Made by a program: the position numbers and the translations under genes
Origin: Mobula hypostoma
Taxonomy: Eukaryota
Assembly (NCBI RefSeq): GCF_963921235.1
Contig: NC_086097.1
Location: forward strand, 23,810,001-23,874,000
Reading direction: 5' to 3'
DNA: 64,000 nucleotides
The notes under the pieces: model-generated
Told to the model about the DNA's origin: nothing
The model's input: the letters and a program-made list of their open reading frames with translations, nothing else
Databases searched by the model: none
Part shown: positions 61,477 through 64,000 of the stretch, piece by piece
Layout: each line of letters begins with the position of its first letter
How positions within the stretch are numbered: position 1 is the stretch's first letter

Positions 61477-62175
61477 GTGATTGTACTTACCTCTCACTCA
61501 GTGATTGTACTTACCCTTCGCACAGTGTGATTGTACCTACCCCTCAATCAGATTATACCTACCCCTTACTCAGTGTGATTGTATCTACCCCTCGCTCAGT
61601 GTGATTGTACCTACCCCTCACTCAGTGTGATTGTACTTACCCCTCACTCAGTGATTGTACTTACCCCTCGCTCAGAGTGATTGTACCTACCCCTCACTCA
61701 GAGTGATTGTACCTACCCCTCGCTCAGAGTGATTGTACTTACCCCTCCCTCAGGGTGATTGTACCTACCTCTCACTCAGTGTGATTGTACCTACCCTTGC
61801 TCAGAGTGATTGTACTTACCTCTCACTCACAGTGATTGTACTTACCACTCACTTACAGTGATTGTACCTACCGCTCGCTCAGAGTGATTGTACCTACCCC
61901 TTGCTCAGAGTGCTCGTTCTTACCTCTCATTCACAGTGATTGTACTTACCCCTCACTCAGAATGATCGTACCTACCCCTCACTCAGAGTGATTGTACCTA
62001 CCCCTCGCTCAGAGTGATTGTACTTACCCCTCGCTCAGAGTGATTGTACCTACCCCTCGCTCAGGGTGATTGTACCTACCCCTCGCTCAGAGTGATTGTA
62101 CCTACCTCTCGCTCAGTGTGATTGTACCTACCTCTCGCTCAGAGTGGTTGTACTTACCTCTCACTCAGAGTGATT
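61477..62175. repeat. 26-bp minisatellite GTGATTGTACCTACCCCTCGCTCAGA, about 27 units
   Basis: gtgattg recurs at 61988, 62014 and 62040; a few units are 24 bp. Confidence 0.97.
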
Positions 62176-63013
62176 ATTTCTGGTTATGCGAAATGTCTTG
62201 GTTCACTTAGTCATTTGTACTGCTTTTCAGTGATTGAGCTGATGGTAGCACAATCCATGATATGTTTTCCTTGTGTATTATGCGTAAAAGAAATAGGTAC
62301 TGGAGCCTGAAGTGGAATTTTCATAAAGCTCTTGAATAACCATCAGAATATCAGAAGAGCGAATCCAAAGACCACTTATATGTTAATGCATTTAAGATCC
62401 TCTAAGACTGTAAGGTAACGTTGAATCAGCATTAATTAAATATTTATTGCATTCTTCGAGTAGCTTATGGCAGAGATCACTGATGTGTAGACAGAGCCCC
62501 ATTCAAGTGAAGGACTGCCTTCCTGTGGAAAAATAACTACAGGCAAGTGTTTCAATTGTTTCACTTTAAAATAGCATTAGAAGCATTGAAAGAGCAGTTA
62601 ATGATATTGTTAATTAAATTTAAGTTATTAAAAATAATTATTCTGAATTATTTATCAATTTGAATAATTTTTGATTGCCTCTGAATATCAGAGACAATTA
62701 AAAACAGTTTAAAAACAGTTCAAAGTTCTTTTACAGCTGGCAAGCTCAGAATTGTGGGATTGGGGCCTCAGCGTGAACAGCAGGCGTTCTCCTACCCACA
62801 TAGTTCCTTCTTGCAGGTGGCTGTCAGGTGCAGCTCTGTTGTCTGTGTTCAGCGACTGGTCACTGAGAATTGGTTTATCATTGTCATCCACATAAAGGTA
62901 CAGTGAATATCTTAACACAATAGATTCTGCTGATGCTAGAAATCGAGAGTAATATTCACACAAAATTCTGGAGGAACTCAGCAGGTCAGCTGGAGTCTAT
63001 GGAGAGGAATAAA

Positions 63014-63051
63014 CAGTCGACGTTTCTGGCTGAAACTCTTCATCAGGACTG
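63014..63051 (-). ncRNA. Minimal hammerhead motif, core intact, helix II decayed
   Basis: CAGUC CUGAUGA A GAGU UUCA GCCA GAA ACGU C GACUG, within PLE terminus 62915-63051. Confidence 0.65.
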
Positions 63052-63187
63052 GATATGGTCTGATCAGCAGCTGAACCTCTTGACCATGTTGGTATGCTTT
63101 TATGCATTGAGTTGCCTGCACATGATTGGCTGATTGCATTAATGAGCCAGTGTAGAGGTGTACCTAACAAAGTGGCCACTGAGTGTA
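63052..63187 (-). mobile_element. Tc1-like derivative, 5' end only
   Basis: Matches 24615-24758; TIR gtacctaacaaagtggccactgagtg then TA. Confidence 0.82.
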
Positions 63188-63779
63188 TATTGATTATAAC
63201 AATGTCTTTATTCTGTGAAGTGCTTGACTCTTCACCTAGATGTGCTGAAAGAAATCTGCATTGAGAATGAGCTATGCTTTGCTTCATATATTTTCGCTGC
63301 AGGATCTGTGCATCTTGCTGAGCGAGCATGTCGGAAATCTTAGGTAAATATGTTGATGGCCTGTACTGGAGTCAACCTTTTGCTCCTATCGCTTATATTT
63401 TTCTGTCAGGAAATTGAAACTTGCATGAATATTTATGCTGAGTATCACAGGCTGCTCAACTGTTGGAATTTATATGCTAAACAGAATCATTATAATATTA
63501 TTTTTTTCCAACAGGAGGTTTGTTGTTAACACAAATCAGAGCAAAACATGTTTTTATTTTGATTCTTGTGGGCTCTTTCCATTGTCGTGTGATTGAGCAG
63601 ATGTTTCCGATACTTCATGGGGCTTAGCCTAAATTGTCCTCATTGGTCTGTGGTGTTGCAATGTTCCAAATTAAGGTTCAAATATACACCAATCAGAAGA
63701 AGAGTGGCTGGTAATTTACCCTATAGGTGTGAAATACTGGGGCACATCTCCTTTTGGCCAGAAATGGATTACCACCCAG

Positions 63780-63945
63780 AAACATGAGAAAGTCCTGAAG
63801 ATGCTGGAAATCTAAAGCAACACACAAAAAAATGCTGGAGGCACTAAGCAGGTCAGGCAGCATCTACGGAAATGAATAAACAGTCGATATTTCTGGCTGA
63901 GACCCTTCAGTCCCGAAGGATTTCCATGGATTACCACCTGACCAT
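63780..63945. mobile_element. PLE terminus with short inverted remnant
   Basis: aaaatgctggagg.act.agcaggtcaggcagcatc...cagtcgatatttctggctgagacccttc then cagtcccgaagg. Confidence 0.7.
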
Positions 63946-64000
63946 GCCTCCCACTGATAATTCCACCCAGCTCAATGATGAGCCACATTTGAACAGTGCA

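Noticed and set aside
61477..62175. CRISPR-like array
   Set aside because: Units are contiguous with no unique spacers, there are no cas genes, and the context is vertebrate.

Overview
Repeat-dense vertebrate non-coding DNA (large intron or intergenic). HE1/V-SINE-type SINEs and CR1/HER1-type LINEs point to a cartilaginous fish, probably a ray or skate (inference). I found no host protein-coding gene I can support: every recognisable ORF is a transposon fragment or a simple-repeat artefact. Most of the window is layered CR1-like LINEs, Rex1/Babar-like LINEs and their non-autonomous derivatives, tRNA-derived SINEs, Penelope-like elements (PLEs), Tc1 and Tigger/pogo DNA-transposon remnants, one HERO-like RLE retrotransposon and two tandem arrays. 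Most notable: (i) a 3.65-kb inverted PLE inserted in one event with a 14-bp target-site duplication (TSD); (ii) about 10-15 copies of a 38-nt minimal hammerhead ribozyme motif in PLE termini, with truncation and fold-back breakpoints clustering at the motif; (iii) a Tc1 derivative whose 3' end is a two-TIR micro-MITE, seen in three copies; (iv) repeat-free islands that may be conserved enhancers. Family names come from motif recognition, not database searches, and boundaries of decayed repeats are approximate (tens of bp).
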